Below are positions 28,649-39,278 of a DNA stretch of 64,000 nucleotides, in pieces. Origin of the DNA: an uncultured Arcobacteraceae bacterium (GTDB lineage: Bacteria; Campylobacterota; Campylobacteria; Campylobacterales; Arcobacteraceae). The position numbers and the translations under genes were made by a program. The DNA lies in assembly GCA_964022095.1 (NCBI GenBank), contig CAXHZO010000006.1:39485-103484 (forward strand), given 5' to 3'. Position 1 is the first letter of the stretch. Each line of letters opens with the position of its first letter. The notes under the pieces are model-generated. The model made no database searches and was not told where the DNA came from. It worked only from the letters and a program-made list of their open reading frames with translations.

Positions 28649-29672
28649 ATGCCTTTTTTGAGTAAAAATCTAAAATATCAACTACTTTTGAAGCATATCC
28701 CCATTCATTATCATACCAAACTAAAAGTTTAATCATATTTTTGTTTTTTACATCTGTATATCTATGATCTATAATAGTTGTAAATCTTTGCTTTTTAAAA
28801 TCACTTGATACAAGTGGATCAAAATTATTTAAGAGAATTGTAAACTTTTGATTTTTTTCATACTCTTTTAAAATATTTATAATTTCTTCTTTGGATGTTT
28901 CTTCTTTTGTAAACAAAGTTACGTTTATTGCTCCCACTGTATCTGTTGGAACTCTAAGTGAGCTTGATGAGATAAGCTCTTCATTGAATTTTTCGAAGAC
29001 ATATGAACAAGCTTTAATTGTAGTTGTTTTATTAGGAATTATATTTTGAGTTGAGGATCTACCAAATTCGAAGTTATATTCTACATCTCTAGTTGCACTT
29101 GCCACATAACTTCCATCTAGTACTCTTTGATGATTCAATAGGGGATGGACAGTTACTATGTCTCCACATATAATTTTTTTGTTTTCATCAATTATTTTAA
29201 GTGCAGGAAGAAGGGCTGTCGCATTACATGAACTAGTAGAGATTATTCTATGAATTTCTTTATTTATTTTATCTTCATTTACTCCTAAAATTATATTTAT
29301 ATGAGCATCTTTATTTGGATGTGTTAAAAGTATAGCTTTTATTGGTAGGTGTTTTAATTTTTTTTGATCATGTTTTAATCCACTTGAATCAATTACATAA
29401 TCAATACTTGATAAATCTATATCAAATATTGATTTATGATTTAATATTTTGATTTTACTAGTTGAATTTTCTATATAGTGGTTACTACTAATTGTAAATT
29501 TATCATCTAAACTTCCATATGTTGAATCATAATTGATTGAATAAACAATATTTTCTATATATGGATTAATTTCATTTATAGCAATAATTTCAAAGTTTTT
29601 ATTTGAAATTAATTGCTTTAAAACAGCCTTTCCAATTCTACCTACACCATTGATTAATACTTTTTCTTTCAT
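28647..29672 (-). CDS. divergent GAPDH/erythrose-4-phosphate dehydrogenase family protein
   Basis: INGVGRIG, YDSTYG, catalytic SSC, RVPT, WYDNEWGY. ATG at 29672 preferred (6 nt after TGcTACAAT). Confidence 0.85.
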   Translation of the reverse strand: MKEKVLINGVGRIGKAVLKQLISNKNFEIIAINEINPYIENIVYSINYDSTYGSLDDKFTISSNHYIENSTSKIKILNHKSIFDIDLSSIDYVIDSSGLKHDQKKLKHLPIKAILLTHPNKDAHINIILGVNEDKINKEIHRIISTSSCNATALLPALKIIDENKKIICGDIVTVHPLLNHQRVLDGSYVASATRDVEYNFEFGRSSTQNIIPNKTTTIKACSYVFEKFNEELISSSSLRVPTDTVGAINVTLFTKEETSKEEIINILKEYEKNQKFTILLNNFDPLVSSDFKKQRFTTIIDHRYTDVKNKNMIKLLVWYDNEWGYASKVVDILDFYSKKA

Positions 29673-29708
29673 AATCAAATTGTAGCATAGTTTATTTTAT
29701 ACTAAATG

Positions 29709-30413
29709 CTATACTTTTGGTAGTTCAATAAATAAAAAGTGTGATTTATTATTAGCTTTTATTAAGATTTCTCTTTCATTTATGATTTCAGCTGCATCGT
29801 GACTGTTTAAAGTTGTTTTATTAATATCACTTGAGCCTTCAATTTGCACAAAATATACTTGTTTATTATCATCGATTTGATATGTTACTTCTTTATTATC
29901 ATCTAATTGACTAACAAAAAAATTAACATCTTGGTGAAGTTTAATAGGACTATTTCCATTTTGAGAAGATACAATATTTAGTAATTTGTTCTTTCTTTCT
30001 TCTTCTTTATATTTATGTGAGCCATAAAGTCTAGGTAGACCTTTTTTAGGAGGAACTATCCAAATTTGAAGAAGTGTCAAATCTTCACTTTTGTGCATAT
30101 TATGTTCACTATGATATATACCATCTCCTGCACTTAAGTATTGAACTTCACCTCTTGTTAGAATCTCTTCATTTCCCATTGAATCTTTATGTGTTAACTC
30201 GCCATTTGTAATATAAGTTACAATTTCCATATTTTCATGGGGGTGTGTATCAAATCCACTTTGAGGGTGAATAATATCATCGTTAAGTACTCTTAAAACA
30301 CCAAAATTTACATTCTCAGGGTTATAGTATTGAGCAAAGCTAAAATGAAAACGACTTTCTAGCCATCGAAGATTAGATGTACCCATATTTTCTTTTGAAA
30401 GTTTTTTTATCAT
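29709..30413 (-). CDS. pirin family protein (YhhW-like)
   Basis: FHFSFA, FGVLRVLNDD, HPHENMEI, HSE, QIW. Confidence 0.95.
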   Translation of the reverse strand: MIKKLSKENMGTSNLRWLESRFHFSFAQYYNPENVNFGVLRVLNDDIIHPQSGFDTHPHENMEIVTYITNGELTHKDSMGNEEILTRGEVQYLSAGDGIYHSEHNMHKSEDLTLLQIWIVPPKKGLPRLYGSHKYKEEERKNKLLNIVSSQNGNSPIKLHQDVNFFVSQLDDNKEVTYQIDDNKQVYFVQIEGSSDINKTTLNSHDAAEIINEREILIKANNKSHFLFIELPKV

Positions 30414-30416
30414 AAT

Positions 30417-30920
30417 TCACTCCTTTACAAATAATTGGAGTTGATCTAGAATTTTTACTAAACTACTATCTTCAATAGGTTTTGTGTAGTTTGTAATAAT
30501 ATCTCTAGGCATTACAATTGAGCCTAGTTTTGTTAGTTGGTTCCTAAATGTATTTAAAAAATCAACTCCATTGGCTCCTGAATGTGTTGCTAATTGAATT
30601 GTTTTTAGGGTAAATAAAGACCTAAAATCATCTCCTATTCTTGATATCCAGGCAATCATATTTAATAGTACAGGAGGTGCACTATAGTTGTATTCAGGTG
30701 TAACAAATACATAAGCTTGAGCATCTTGCATCTCTTGAGCTAAATCTAAAGCTTTTTTGGGAATGCCGTTTGTTTGTTCTTTATTAGTATCGTACATTGG
30801 TAAATCTAGTTCAACCAAATTAACAATTTTAGTTTCGTAATTTTTATTGTTTAATTCTTTTTCTACTCTTTTTGCAAGTTTTACATTTTCATGTAAACTA
30901 GCTACAAATATAATAATCAT
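30417..30920 (-). CDS. NADPH-dependent FMN reductase family protein
   Basis: TPEYNYS motif, flavodoxin-like size. Confidence 0.88.
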   Translation of the reverse strand: MIIIFVASLHENVKLAKRVEKELNNKNYETKIVNLVELDLPMYDTNKEQTNGIPKKALDLAQEMQDAQAYVFVTPEYNYSAPPVLLNMIAWISRIGDDFRSLFTLKTIQLATHSGANGVDFLNTFRNQLTKLGSIVMPRDIITNYTKPIEDSSLVKILDQLQLFVKE

Positions 30921-30923
30921 TTT

Positions 30924-31688
30924 TTATCCTTTAAAGATATAACCTTGCATACTTAGAGTTTTGTTTAATATTTCATTATTTACTGTTTTTGCAATTTTGT
31001 CATGACTACTTCCTATTACTATGTATATAGGTAAAAAGTGTTCATGGCTTGGGTGCATATAATTAAATTCTTCAATATTTGAGAAATCTAACATTTGTTT
31101 AAAGTTACCATCTTTTAATCTTTTTGTAATTTCATCTTCAAATTTTTGAACTTTAGGACTTGGTTGCTCTAGGGCATCAAAAGATATAGTATTTAAGTTA
31201 TGTGTTAAAGAGCCACTACCAATAATCAAAGCATCATCTCTAATGCTTTGAAGTTTTTCTCCAAGAGTTAATAGTTGTTCGTTTGTATAATCAATTGGAA
31301 GTGAGAGTTGAATAACTGGAACATCAACTTCTTCATATAACATATGTAAAATAGTCCAAATCCCATGGTCGTACTTTTCTCTGTTTATGTCAATCTCTAC
31401 ATGAAAATCTTTCAGTATTTGTAATAATTCATTTGTATACTCTATGCTACTTGAAATAGGGTACTTAACATTATAAAGTTCTGGTTCAAATCCCATAAAA
31501 TCATATAGAAGTTCATTAGATAAAGGATTAATTATCTTTAATCCTCTTGTGCACCAATGTGCTGAAACCATCACTATGTACTTAGGTTTTTTTAAACTAT
31601 TTCCTAGTTTTCTAAGGTTCGTTTTGGTGTCTACTTTTTTTAAAATTGTATTGGGTGCACCATGTGATAAAAATAGTGATGGATTCAT
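30924..31688 (-). CDS. DODA/YgiD-type class III extradiol dioxygenase
   Basis: LFLSHGAP, SAHW, DHG, GSGSLTHNL, HPSHEHFLP. Confidence 0.93.
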   Translation of the reverse strand: MNPSLFLSHGAPNTILKKVDTKTNLRKLGNSLKKPKYIVMVSAHWCTRGLKIINPLSNELLYDFMGFEPELYNVKYPISSSIEYTNELLQILKDFHVEIDINREKYDHGIWTILHMLYEEVDVPVIQLSLPIDYTNEQLLTLGEKLQSIRDDALIIGSGSLTHNLNTISFDALEQPSPKVQKFEDEITKRLKDGNFKQMLDFSNIEEFNYMHPSHEHFLPIYIVIGSSHDKIAKTVNNEILNKTLSMQGYIFKG

Positions 31689-31692
31689 AATA

Positions 31693-32262
31693 TTATTTCT
31701 TTAAAATACCTTCAAGTTCTACAATTAGTTTTACTTTTTCACCAACTGCAACTCCACCTGCTTCTAAAACAGAGTTATATTTAATTCCATAATCCATTCT
31801 ATTTACAGTTCCACTTAATGCAACACCTGTTCTAGTATTCCCCCATGGATCTTTAATTGTTCCACCAGCAGTTTCTACATCTAAAACTACATCTTTAGTA
31901 ACACCTCTCATAGTTAATTTACCATAAGCTTTATCATCTTCAATTTTATCTACATTAAAAGTGATTTGTGGGAATTCGTCAGCTGCAAAGAAATCTGAAT
32001 CTCTTAAGTGCTTATCTCTTTTTTCATTATCTGTGTCAACAGATTTTACTTCAACTACACCATTTAAAGATGTTAAAGTATTAGTTTTTTCGTCATATTC
32101 AAATGATCCTGTAAAATCATTAAAATTTCCTGTAACATTTGAAATCATCATATGTTTAACTTTAAATCCAACATTTGAATGACTTTTATCTACATTGTAT
32201 GTTCCTGCATATAATGCACTTGCTGCTAATAATGATACTAAACCTAACTTTACTAATTTCAT
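31693..32262 (-). CDS. YceI family lipid/polyisoprenoid-binding protein
   Basis: Signal peptide; HSNVGFKVKH, RDKHLR..DFF, LTMRGVTK. Confidence 0.95.
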   Translation of the reverse strand: MKLVKLGLVSLLAASALYAGTYNVDKSHSNVGFKVKHMMISNVTGNFNDFTGSFEYDEKTNTLTSLNGVVEVKSVDTDNEKRDKHLRDSDFFAADEFPQITFNVDKIEDDKAYGKLTMRGVTKDVVLDVETAGGTIKDPWGNTRTGVALSGTVNRMDYGIKYNSVLEAGGVAVGEKVKLIVELEGILKK

Positions 32263-32273
32263 ATTTTGTCCTT

Positions 32274-32726
32274 CTAATTTGTTTTATATAGTTTATTTAC
32301 TAATTCATATAAAGTATCTAATTCTTCATCACTTAATACTTCACAAGATTTATTTAAATTTTGTGCATGTTGTGGAAATATATCTTCTATAATATCAATA
32401 CCTTTTTGAGTGATTGTTTGAATAGTTGATCGACTATCATTTACATCTTTAATTGAGGTAATATAACCATCTCTTTTTAAATTTTTTACTACAACTGTAA
32501 TATTTCCAGGTGTGCTCATAGTAAGCTTTGTAATTGCGCCTATTTTTAAATCACCTCTGTGATAAAGAACTTCTAACACTTTAAATTGATTAAATGTAAG
32601 GTTATTTTGAGATAAATAGTTTAGCGTCTTAGCAAAAATTTTATTGTGTGCTTTTTCTAATCTAACAACAGTTTTCATAGCTTTATCTATTCTTTTTCCA
32701 TAAGATTTTAAACTTGTTTTTACCAT
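32274..32726 (-). CDS. MarR family transcriptional regulator
   Basis: LTFNQFKVLEVL, GNITVVVKNL, DSRS wing motif. Confidence 0.93.
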   Translation of the reverse strand: MVKTSLKSYGKRIDKAMKTVVRLEKAHNKIFAKTLNYLSQNNLTFNQFKVLEVLYHRGDLKIGAITKLTMSTPGNITVVVKNLKRDGYITSIKDVNDSRSTIQTITQKGIDIIEDIFPQHAQNLNKSCEVLSDEELDTLYELVNKLYKTN

Positions 32727-32746
32727 AAAATATTCCTTGTATTGAA

Positions 32747-32815
32747 ATATTACTACTAATTAGTAATAAATGTCAAATAAAATTTGTTTAAAAATTATAC
32801 TAATTAGTAATAAAT
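32747..32815 (-). promoter_or_regulatory. marR operon promoter with two palindromic operators
   Basis: TACTAATTAGTA at 32754-32765 and 32798-32809. Minus-strand TTGACA (32776-32771), 18 nt spacer, TAATAT (32752-32747). Confidence 0.7.
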
Positions 32816-32980
32816 TGCTTGTAAGCATTATTTCATAGGCTTTTATGAATTTTAAAATTTATGAAAAATAAATTATAAAAATAAATTTTTCTATAGAGAT
32901 TATAGCTTAACCAATTAATAAACTACATTTAGATAAAATATCCCGTTTTGCTATAAAGAAAGAATTGTAAGGATACAAAT

Positions 32981-34090
32981 ATGTTATTAACTCCAGGTCC
33001 TACTCCTGTACCAGAATTTGTTAGAAAAGCAATGGCTGACATAACAATCCACCATAGAACTCCTGAGTTTGAAGCAATATTTGCTGAAACTAGAGAGCTA
33101 TTATTTGATTTATATGGTATGGATGAGGTTGTAATGTTAGCTTCAAGTGGCTCAGGAGCAATGGAAGCATGTGTTACAAATTTAACTAAGAAAAAAGCTT
33201 TAACTGTAAATGCAGGAAAGTTTGGTGAAAGATTTGGAAAAATTTGTAAAGCATTTAATATAGATTATACTGAAATTAAAAATGACTGGAATACTCCAGC
33301 GTCTGTTGAACAAGTACTTGATGTAATAAAAAATGATTCAGATATAGATTCAATTTACATTCAAATTTGTGAAAGTGCTGGTGGATTAAGACATCCAGTT
33401 GAGCAAATTGCAGCAGCAGTTAAAAAATTAAATAAAGATATTACAGTAATTGCTGATGGAATTACTGCAATTGCAGTTGAAAAAATTGATACAACAAATT
33501 TAGATGCAGTAATTACAGGAAGTCAAAAAGCACTTATGTTACCACCAGGTTTAGCAATGGTTGGTTTCTCAAATGCAGCAGTAGAAAAAATTGAAAATAA
33601 TCAAAAAGGTTTTTATTTTAATTTAGCAACTGAAATTAAAAAACAAAGAACTAATACAACTGCATGGACAGCAGCTACAACTTTAATTATTGGATTAAAA
33701 GAGATTTTATCTTACATCAAAAATGAAGTAGGTTTTGAAAACTTATATGAAAAAACAGCTATCAGAGCTAAAGCTACAAGAGAAGCTTTAACAGCTATTG
33801 GATTTGATGTTTTCCCTCAAACTCCTGCAAATTCAATGACTACTATTTACACTGAAGATTCAAATGAAATTAGAAAAATATTAAAAACAAAATATAATGT
33901 AAATATAGCTGGTGGACAAGATCACCTAAAAGGTAAAATTTTTAGAATTAATCATATGGGATTAGTTGAAGATTATGAAGCTTCATGGGTTGTAAATGCC
34001 GTAGAATTAGCACTAGATGAAATTGGTGTAAGAACATTTGATGGAACAGCAAATAAAGTATTTGCATCAAATATGTTTAAAGGAAACTAG
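32981..34090 (+). CDS. class V PLP aminotransferase (alanine-glyoxylate/serine-pyruvate family)
   Basis: LLTPGPTP, HHRTPEF, GSQKALMLPPG, GGQDHL...FRINHMG. Confidence 0.93.
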   Translation: MLLTPGPTPVPEFVRKAMADITIHHRTPEFEAIFAETRELLFDLYGMDEVVMLASSGSGAMEACVTNLTKKKALTVNAGKFGERFGKICKAFNIDYTEIKNDWNTPASVEQVLDVIKNDSDIDSIYIQICESAGGLRHPVEQIAAAVKKLNKDITVIADGITAIAVEKIDTTNLDAVITGSQKALMLPPGLAMVGFSNAAVEKIENNQKGFYFNLATEIKKQRTNTTAWTAATTLIIGLKEILSYIKNEVGFENLYEKTAIRAKATREALTAIGFDVFPQTPANSMTTIYTEDSNEIRKILKTKYNVNIAGGQDHLKGKIFRINHMGLVEDYEASWVVNAVELALDEIGVRTFDGTANKVFASNMFKGN

Positions 34091-34095
34091 AGATA

Positions 34096-34947
34096 ATGAT
34101 TTTTGAACACGAAATCCCAAAAGGAAGTCGATTATATTTTGGAGCGTCTGCTAAAGCAAAAAGAGTTTTAGAAAACAAAGTTTGTGATATATTAGATAAT
34201 GCAGATTTCGAAGAAGTATTAACTCCAAACTTTTCATATTCTCAACATCAAGCTATTGGAAATGATAGAAAACTTATTAAATTTTCAGATGAAAATAATG
34301 AACAAGTTTCTCTAAGAGCAGATTCAACACTTGATGTTGTAAGAATTATTACAAAAAGACTTGGAAGAACAACTGCTCATAAAAAGTGGTTTTATATCCA
34401 ACCAATTTTTACATATCCTTCAAAAGAGGAGTACCAAATTGGTTGTGAGTGGATTGACCATGATGATATTTCTGATATCATGAATTTAACAGCAGATATA
34501 CTAAAAGCTTTAGAGATTGAGCCAATTTTACAAATATCAAATATCAATATCCCAAAATTAGTTTCTAGTGAACTAAATATTGATATTGAACTATTAAAAA
34601 ATGGTGAAATAGCATCACTATTTGAATTAAATTGTGATTGGTTAAACAAACTTATAAAAGTAAAAGATATTGATAGTTTAAAAGAAGCTATTAATGTAGT
34701 ACCACAAAGTATAAAAAATGAATTAGAAAAACTTTTAGCTAGATCACAAAAAGTTGATTATACTAATATCATTATTGCACCATTGTATTATGGTTCATTA
34801 AAATACTACAATGGTATTTATTATAGAGTTATTCATAATAACTCAACATTATGTAAAGGTGGAATGTACTCAAGTGAGGGTATTAGTTCACTAGGTTTTG
34901 CACTTTACACAGATAACTTATTAAAAATATTAGAGGAAAGCAAATGA
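34096..34947 (+). CDS. hisZ: ATP phosphoribosyltransferase regulatory subunit
   Basis: HisRS-like LRADSTL, YQIGCE, YYNG motifs; short; directly upstream of purA. Confidence 0.85.
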   Translation: MIFEHEIPKGSRLYFGASAKAKRVLENKVCDILDNADFEEVLTPNFSYSQHQAIGNDRKLIKFSDENNEQVSLRADSTLDVVRIITKRLGRTTAHKKWFYIQPIFTYPSKEEYQIGCEWIDHDDISDIMNLTADILKALEIEPILQISNINIPKLVSSELNIDIELLKNGEIASLFELNCDWLNKLIKVKDIDSLKEAINVVPQSIKNELEKLLARSQKVDYTNIIIAPLYYGSLKYYNGIYYRVIHNNSTLCKGGMYSSEGISSLGFALYTDNLLKILEESK

Positions 34948-36197
34948 GCGCAGACGTTATAGTTGGAATTCAATGGGGAGATGAAGGAAAAGGTAAGATA
35001 GTTGATATGCTTGCCCAAGAGTATGATATGGTATGTAGAAGCCAAGGTGGACATAATGCTGGACATACAATTTGGGTTGATGGTGTTAAATATGCATTAC
35101 ACTTAGTTCCTTCAGGAGTTTTAAATCCAAAAGCAATCAATGTAATTGGAAATGGAGTTGTTTTATCTCCTGAATCTATTATAAAAGAGATGAGCCAATT
35201 TGAAAACTTAGTGGGTAGATTATATATCTCTGATAAAGCTCATTTAAACTTACCATACCATGCACAAATAGATCAAGCTAAAGAGAGATTAAAAGGTGAT
35301 AAGGCAATTGGTACTACAGGAAAAGGAATAGGACCTGCTTATTCTGATAAAATTAATAGAGTTGGATATAGAGTAGGTGAGTTATTAGATCCTTCTAAAT
35401 TAACATCTTCTATAATTGAGTACTTTGAGCAAAATAGAGCTATTTTTGATGTATTACAAATAGCTACGCCAAATGAGAAAGAATTATTTGAAGAGTTAAA
35501 TGGGTACAAAGAAGCATTAGAGCCATTTATTACAAATACTACAAATATGGTTTGGAAGGCACTTGATGATAAAAAGAGAGTTTTATTAGAAGGTGCTCAA
35601 GGAACTATGCTTGATATTGACCATGGTACTTATCCATATGTAACTTCATCTTCAACTGTTAGTGCAGGTGCTTGTACAGGTCTTGGATTAAATCCAAAAG
35701 ATATTGGTATTGTAACAGGTATTACTAAAGCATACTGTACTAGAGTAGGAAATGGTCCTTTCCCAACTGAAGATTTTGGAAAAGATGGCGATACTATGGC
35801 AGATGTTGGGAAAGAATTTGGAACAACAACTGGTAGAAAAAGAAGATGTGGTTGGTTTGATGCAGTTGCTGTTAAGCATGCAGGAAGATTAAATGGATGT
35901 GACCAATTAGCATTAATGAAACTTGATGTTTTAGATGGATTCGATAAAATAAAAGTTTGTGTTGCTTATGAATTAGAAAATGGTGATAAAATTGATTATG
36001 TACCATCTAGTTTAGAAAATTTAAAAGCAGTTTATGAAGAAATTGATGGTTGGGATAGTGTAGTTGGAATTAGAAACTATGAAGATCTTCCAGTAAATGC
36101 AAAAAAATATATAGAAAAAATAGAAGAGGTTACATCTGTAAAAGTTGGAATTGTTTCAACTTCTCCAGAAAGAGATGACACAATTATAAGGGGTTAG
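34944..36197 (+). CDS. purA: adenylosuccinate synthetase
   Basis: [37 protein letters not shown]. Confidence 0.98.
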   Translation: MSADVIVGIQWGDEGKGKIVDMLAQEYDMVCRSQGGHNAGHTIWVDGVKYALHLVPSGVLNPKAINVIGNGVVLSPESIIKEMSQFENLVGRLYISDKAHLNLPYHAQIDQAKERLKGDKAIGTTGKGIGPAYSDKINRVGYRVGELLDPSKLTSSIIEYFEQNRAIFDVLQIATPNEKELFEELNGYKEALEPFITNTTNMVWKALDDKKRVLLEGAQGTMLDIDHGTYPYVTSSSTVSAGACTGLGLNPKDIGIVTGITKAYCTRVGNGPFPTEDFGKDGDTMADVGKEFGTTTGRKRRCGWFDAVAVKHAGRLNGCDQLALMKLDVLDGFDKIKVCVAYELENGDKIDYVPSSLENLKAVYEEIDGWDSVVGIRNYEDLPVNAKKYIEKIEEVTSVKVGIVSTSPERDDTIIRG

Positions 36198-36200
36198 TAA

Positions 36201-36752
36201 ATGAGATTAAAATTACACCATACACCATATATCTCAAGGAGAATTACAAGAGATCTTGTTAATTGTGACTTTGTAGAGATGAGAAAAGAGAAAAATTCAA
36301 TTGAAGCGGAAATTGAAAAAATCTTAGATGATGATATTGAAAAAGAGTTTACACTTGATGAAAAAGTGGATGAAATCTTAGACGAACAAGAAGAAGAGAT
36401 CGAGTTCTTAAATGCAGATAGAAGACAACTTTTTTGGATGACAAAAAAGAGGTTAGCAAATGATTTTGGTATTATTTTAAATAATGAAGATAGATTTTCT
36501 GATATTGCTCACAAAATAATGGATTATTTATGGGAAGAGGATTTCATTCATTATACTTGTTCTGATAACAAGATAAAAAATGTAATTTTCGCTTCTATTG
36601 ATGAGTTCATGAAAGGCTTTGAAAAAGCTGATTCAGAAGTATTAGAAAAGTTAAAAAATTATAAAAGAAAGTTAATACCAGGAACTGAGGACTATGATTT
36701 AGTTTATCATAGATTATATGAAGAGGAATTAATTAAAAGAGGGTTAATTTAA
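36201..36752 (+). CDS. DUF507 family protein
   Basis: C-terminal YKRKLIPGT.DYD...YEEEL motif; position between purA and carA. Confidence 0.8.
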   Translation: MRLKLHHTPYISRRITRDLVNCDFVEMRKEKNSIEAEIEKILDDDIEKEFTLDEKVDEILDEQEEEIEFLNADRRQLFWMTKKRLANDFGIILNNEDRFSDIAHKIMDYLWEEDFIHYTCSDNKIKNVIFASIDEFMKGFEKADSEVLEKLKNYKRKLIPGTEDYDLVYHRLYEEELIKRGLI

Positions 36753-36753
36753 T

Positions 36754-37878
36754 ATGCAAAAAGTATGGATATATTTAGAAAATGGAACATTTTTAGAGGC
36801 TAAATCTTTTGGTGCAACTGGAACATCAGTTGGAGAAATCGTATTTAATACTTCTTTAACTGGATATCAAGAGATTATTTCTGATCCATCATATGCCGGT
36901 CAATTTGTTACATTTACAATGCCAGAAATTGGTAATGTTGGAGTAAACGAAGATGATATGGAAAGTAGAAACTGTCACTGTAAAGGTGTATTAGTAAGAA
37001 ATTATCACTCTGAGTATTCAAACTACAGAGCACAAGGTGATTTAGATACTTTATTAAAAGAGCATGGAGTTTTAGGTATAACTCAAATCGATACAAGATA
37101 TTTAACAAAAATGATTAGAGATGAAGGTGCAATGATGATGATTGCATCAACTGAAATTAATGATAAAGATGAATTAGCAAAACAATTAGCTGCAAGTCCT
37201 AGAATTGAAGATATAAACTATATTGAGCAAGTATCTACAAAAGAGACTTATGTTCATAAATCTGGTGCTTGGAATCATGAAAATAAAGCTTATAATAAAG
37301 CTGTAATGAGTGATAAAAAAATTGTAGTAGTTGATTTTGGTGTTAAAAGAAACATCTTAAATGAACTAGTTGAATCTGGACTTGAAGTAGAAGTTGTTCC
37401 TTCAACATTTAAAGCACAAGATTTAATTGCAAGATTTGAAGCTAAAGAAATTGGTGGAATATTTTTATCAAATGGACCAGGTGATCCATTAACTTTAACT
37501 GAAGAGAAAAAAGAAGTTCAAAAACTAATTACTGCAAATATCCCAATGTTTGCTATTTGTTTAGGACATCAAATGTTATCTATTGCACATGGTTTTGATA
37601 CATTTAAGTTACCATTTGGACAACATGGAGGTAACCATCCTGTTGCAAATCCTGAGAGTATGATTGTAGAGATTACTGCACAAAATCATAACTATAATGT
37701 TCCTGATAGTATAATTGAAATTGCAGAAATTACTCATAAAAACTTATTTGATAATACTATTGAAGGTGTTAAATATAAAAATAAAGAGATTTTCTCAGTA
37801 CAACATCACCCAGAAGCAAGTCCTGGACCACATGAATCTAAATATATATTCGACGAGTTCGCAAAAATAGTGAAGTAA
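36754..37878 (+). CDS. carA: carbamoyl-phosphate synthase small subunit
   Basis: GEIVFNT, DPSYAGQ, LSNGPGDP, ICLGHQ, QHHPEASPGP. Confidence 0.98.
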   Translation: MQKVWIYLENGTFLEAKSFGATGTSVGEIVFNTSLTGYQEIISDPSYAGQFVTFTMPEIGNVGVNEDDMESRNCHCKGVLVRNYHSEYSNYRAQGDLDTLLKEHGVLGITQIDTRYLTKMIRDEGAMMMIASTEINDKDELAKQLAASPRIEDINYIEQVSTKETYVHKSGAWNHENKAYNKAVMSDKKIVVVDFGVKRNILNELVESGLEVEVVPSTFKAQDLIARFEAKEIGGIFLSNGPGDPLTLTEEKKEVQKLITANIPMFAICLGHQMLSIAHGFDTFKLPFGQHGGNHPVANPESMIVEITAQNHNYNVPDSIIEIAEITHKNLFDNTIEGVKYKNKEIFSVQHHPEASPGPHESKYIFDEFAKIVK

Positions 37879-37891
37879 TTCACTATTTTTT
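37863..37891. terminator. hairpin between convergent carA and pgpA
   Basis: AAAAATAGTGAA-gtaa-TTCACTATTTTT. Confidence 0.65.
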
Positions 37892-37910
37892 AGATTGAAA
37901 ATAATAGACT

Positions 37911-38384
37911 TTATAAGAAGTTTGCAATAAGTTGATAAGTTCCAGCTGCTGCAACACCACCTGCGATACCTGCAACTATATCATCACCCATAACTCCCCA
38001 TCCTCCATTAACTTTTTCATCTATTTTACCGATAATTGAAGGTTTCCAAATATCAAAAAGTCTAAAGTAAATAAAAGCAAGTGCTGACATTACAACAAAA
38101 TTTTCACTAGTTATTCCACAAATTGATAGGGCAATCCACATACCAGCAAGTTCATCAATAACTATCTCTTTACTGTCATGCTCTCCAACTTCTTTTTCAT
38201 AAATATTAATTTGTTTTACGGCAATTACAGTAATTAGTAGTGCTAGTAAAAACAGAGTTGAAGGATGTAAAAATTGAATTAAAATCATTCCTAAAAGAAG
38301 AGATACAAAAGAACCCACAGTTCCAGGAGCCTTAGGACTTAATCCACTAAATCCAACTGTTAAAAAAAATTTTCTAAAATTCAT
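37911..38384 (-). CDS. pgpA: phosphatidylglycerophosphatase A
   Basis: APGTVGS, EIVIDE, FRLFDIWKP, GVMGDD. Confidence 0.95.
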   Translation of the reverse strand: MNFRKFFLTVGFSGLSPKAPGTVGSFVSLLLGMILIQFLHPSTLFLLALLITVIAVKQINIYEKEVGEHDSKEIVIDELAGMWIALSICGITSENFVVMSALAFIYFRLFDIWKPSIIGKIDEKVNGGWGVMGDDIVAGIAGGVAAAGTYQLIANFL

Positions 38385-39278
38385 TTATGCCTTCTTTTTT
38401 TCTATTCCAAGTTTTTTTCTCTTTTCCCAAAGAGATTTTCTTGAAATTCCTAATTTTTTAGATAACTCAGTATCTGGATATTTAGTTTGGTAAGAAAGAA
38501 CCATAAGTTTTACATAATCATTAATTGTCATAATATTAGAATTACTCATTAGTTGATTCTCATCGTTAAATTCAACTTTTCTATATGGAAATTCCTCTTC
38601 TGATTCTAAAGTAGAAACAACTACATTTTTGTGATCGATTAGTTTAATTAAGTTCTCTTTTGCATTTTTCTTTAATGTATGATAATCAGTTAAATAAATA
38701 ATTGTTTTAGTGTTTACTAAATTTAAAGTCTTTTGCCAGTTTGGATTTGAAAGTGAAATAAATTTTATAGGCATATCTAATCTTTTTGCAAGATCAAATA
38801 CAAGCTTATCTGCACATTTTTGTGAATTTGATTCAATTAGTGTTGGAAAAGATGGAGGTAAAATAGTATCAGTTGTATCTATGTCATTCATAATAAAATC
38901 AATATACTCTCTTAATGTATTTAACTCTCTTCTCATACTTCTACACTCTTTGTAGTGATAGATTTTTCTAACTAATTCATCCATAATAAATGGCTTCATA
39001 ATATAATCTTTTGCACCCTCATTAATAGGATTAGTTACAGTTTCATCAGATATGTAAGATACTAAAAGTAAAATAATTGAAGTTGGACTATACCTTCTGA
39101 TTATATTGTTTACTAATGCTGAAGGTAAAGAAGTAGAAAGTAAAATAATATCATAATCTTTAGTTAGATTATCAATATTAGGTGATTCAATATAATCACA
39201 ACTATGTCCATCATCAAGTAGTCTAGATACTACTTTTTGCGCTAGGTAAATTTCGTTTTCAATAATTAATATATTCAT
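38385..39278 (-). CDS. atypical response regulator with Fis-type HTH
   Basis: Receiver fold (LIIENE, GAKDYIMKPF) with Ser at the phospho-Asp position (ILLST); C-terminal LSKKLGISRKSLW. Confidence 0.8.
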   Translation of the reverse strand: MNILIIENEIYLAQKVVSRLLDDGHSCDYIESPNIDNLTKDYDIILLSTSLPSALVNNIIRRYSPTSIILLLVSYISDETVTNPINEGAKDYIMKPFIMDELVRKIYHYKECRSMRRELNTLREYIDFIMNDIDTTDTILPPSFPTLIESNSQKCADKLVFDLAKRLDMPIKFISLSNPNWQKTLNLVNTKTIIYLTDYHTLKKNAKENLIKLIDHKNVVVSTLESEEEFPYRKVEFNDENQLMSNSNIMTINDYVKLMVLSYQTKYPDTELSKKLGISRKSLWEKRKKLGIEKKKA

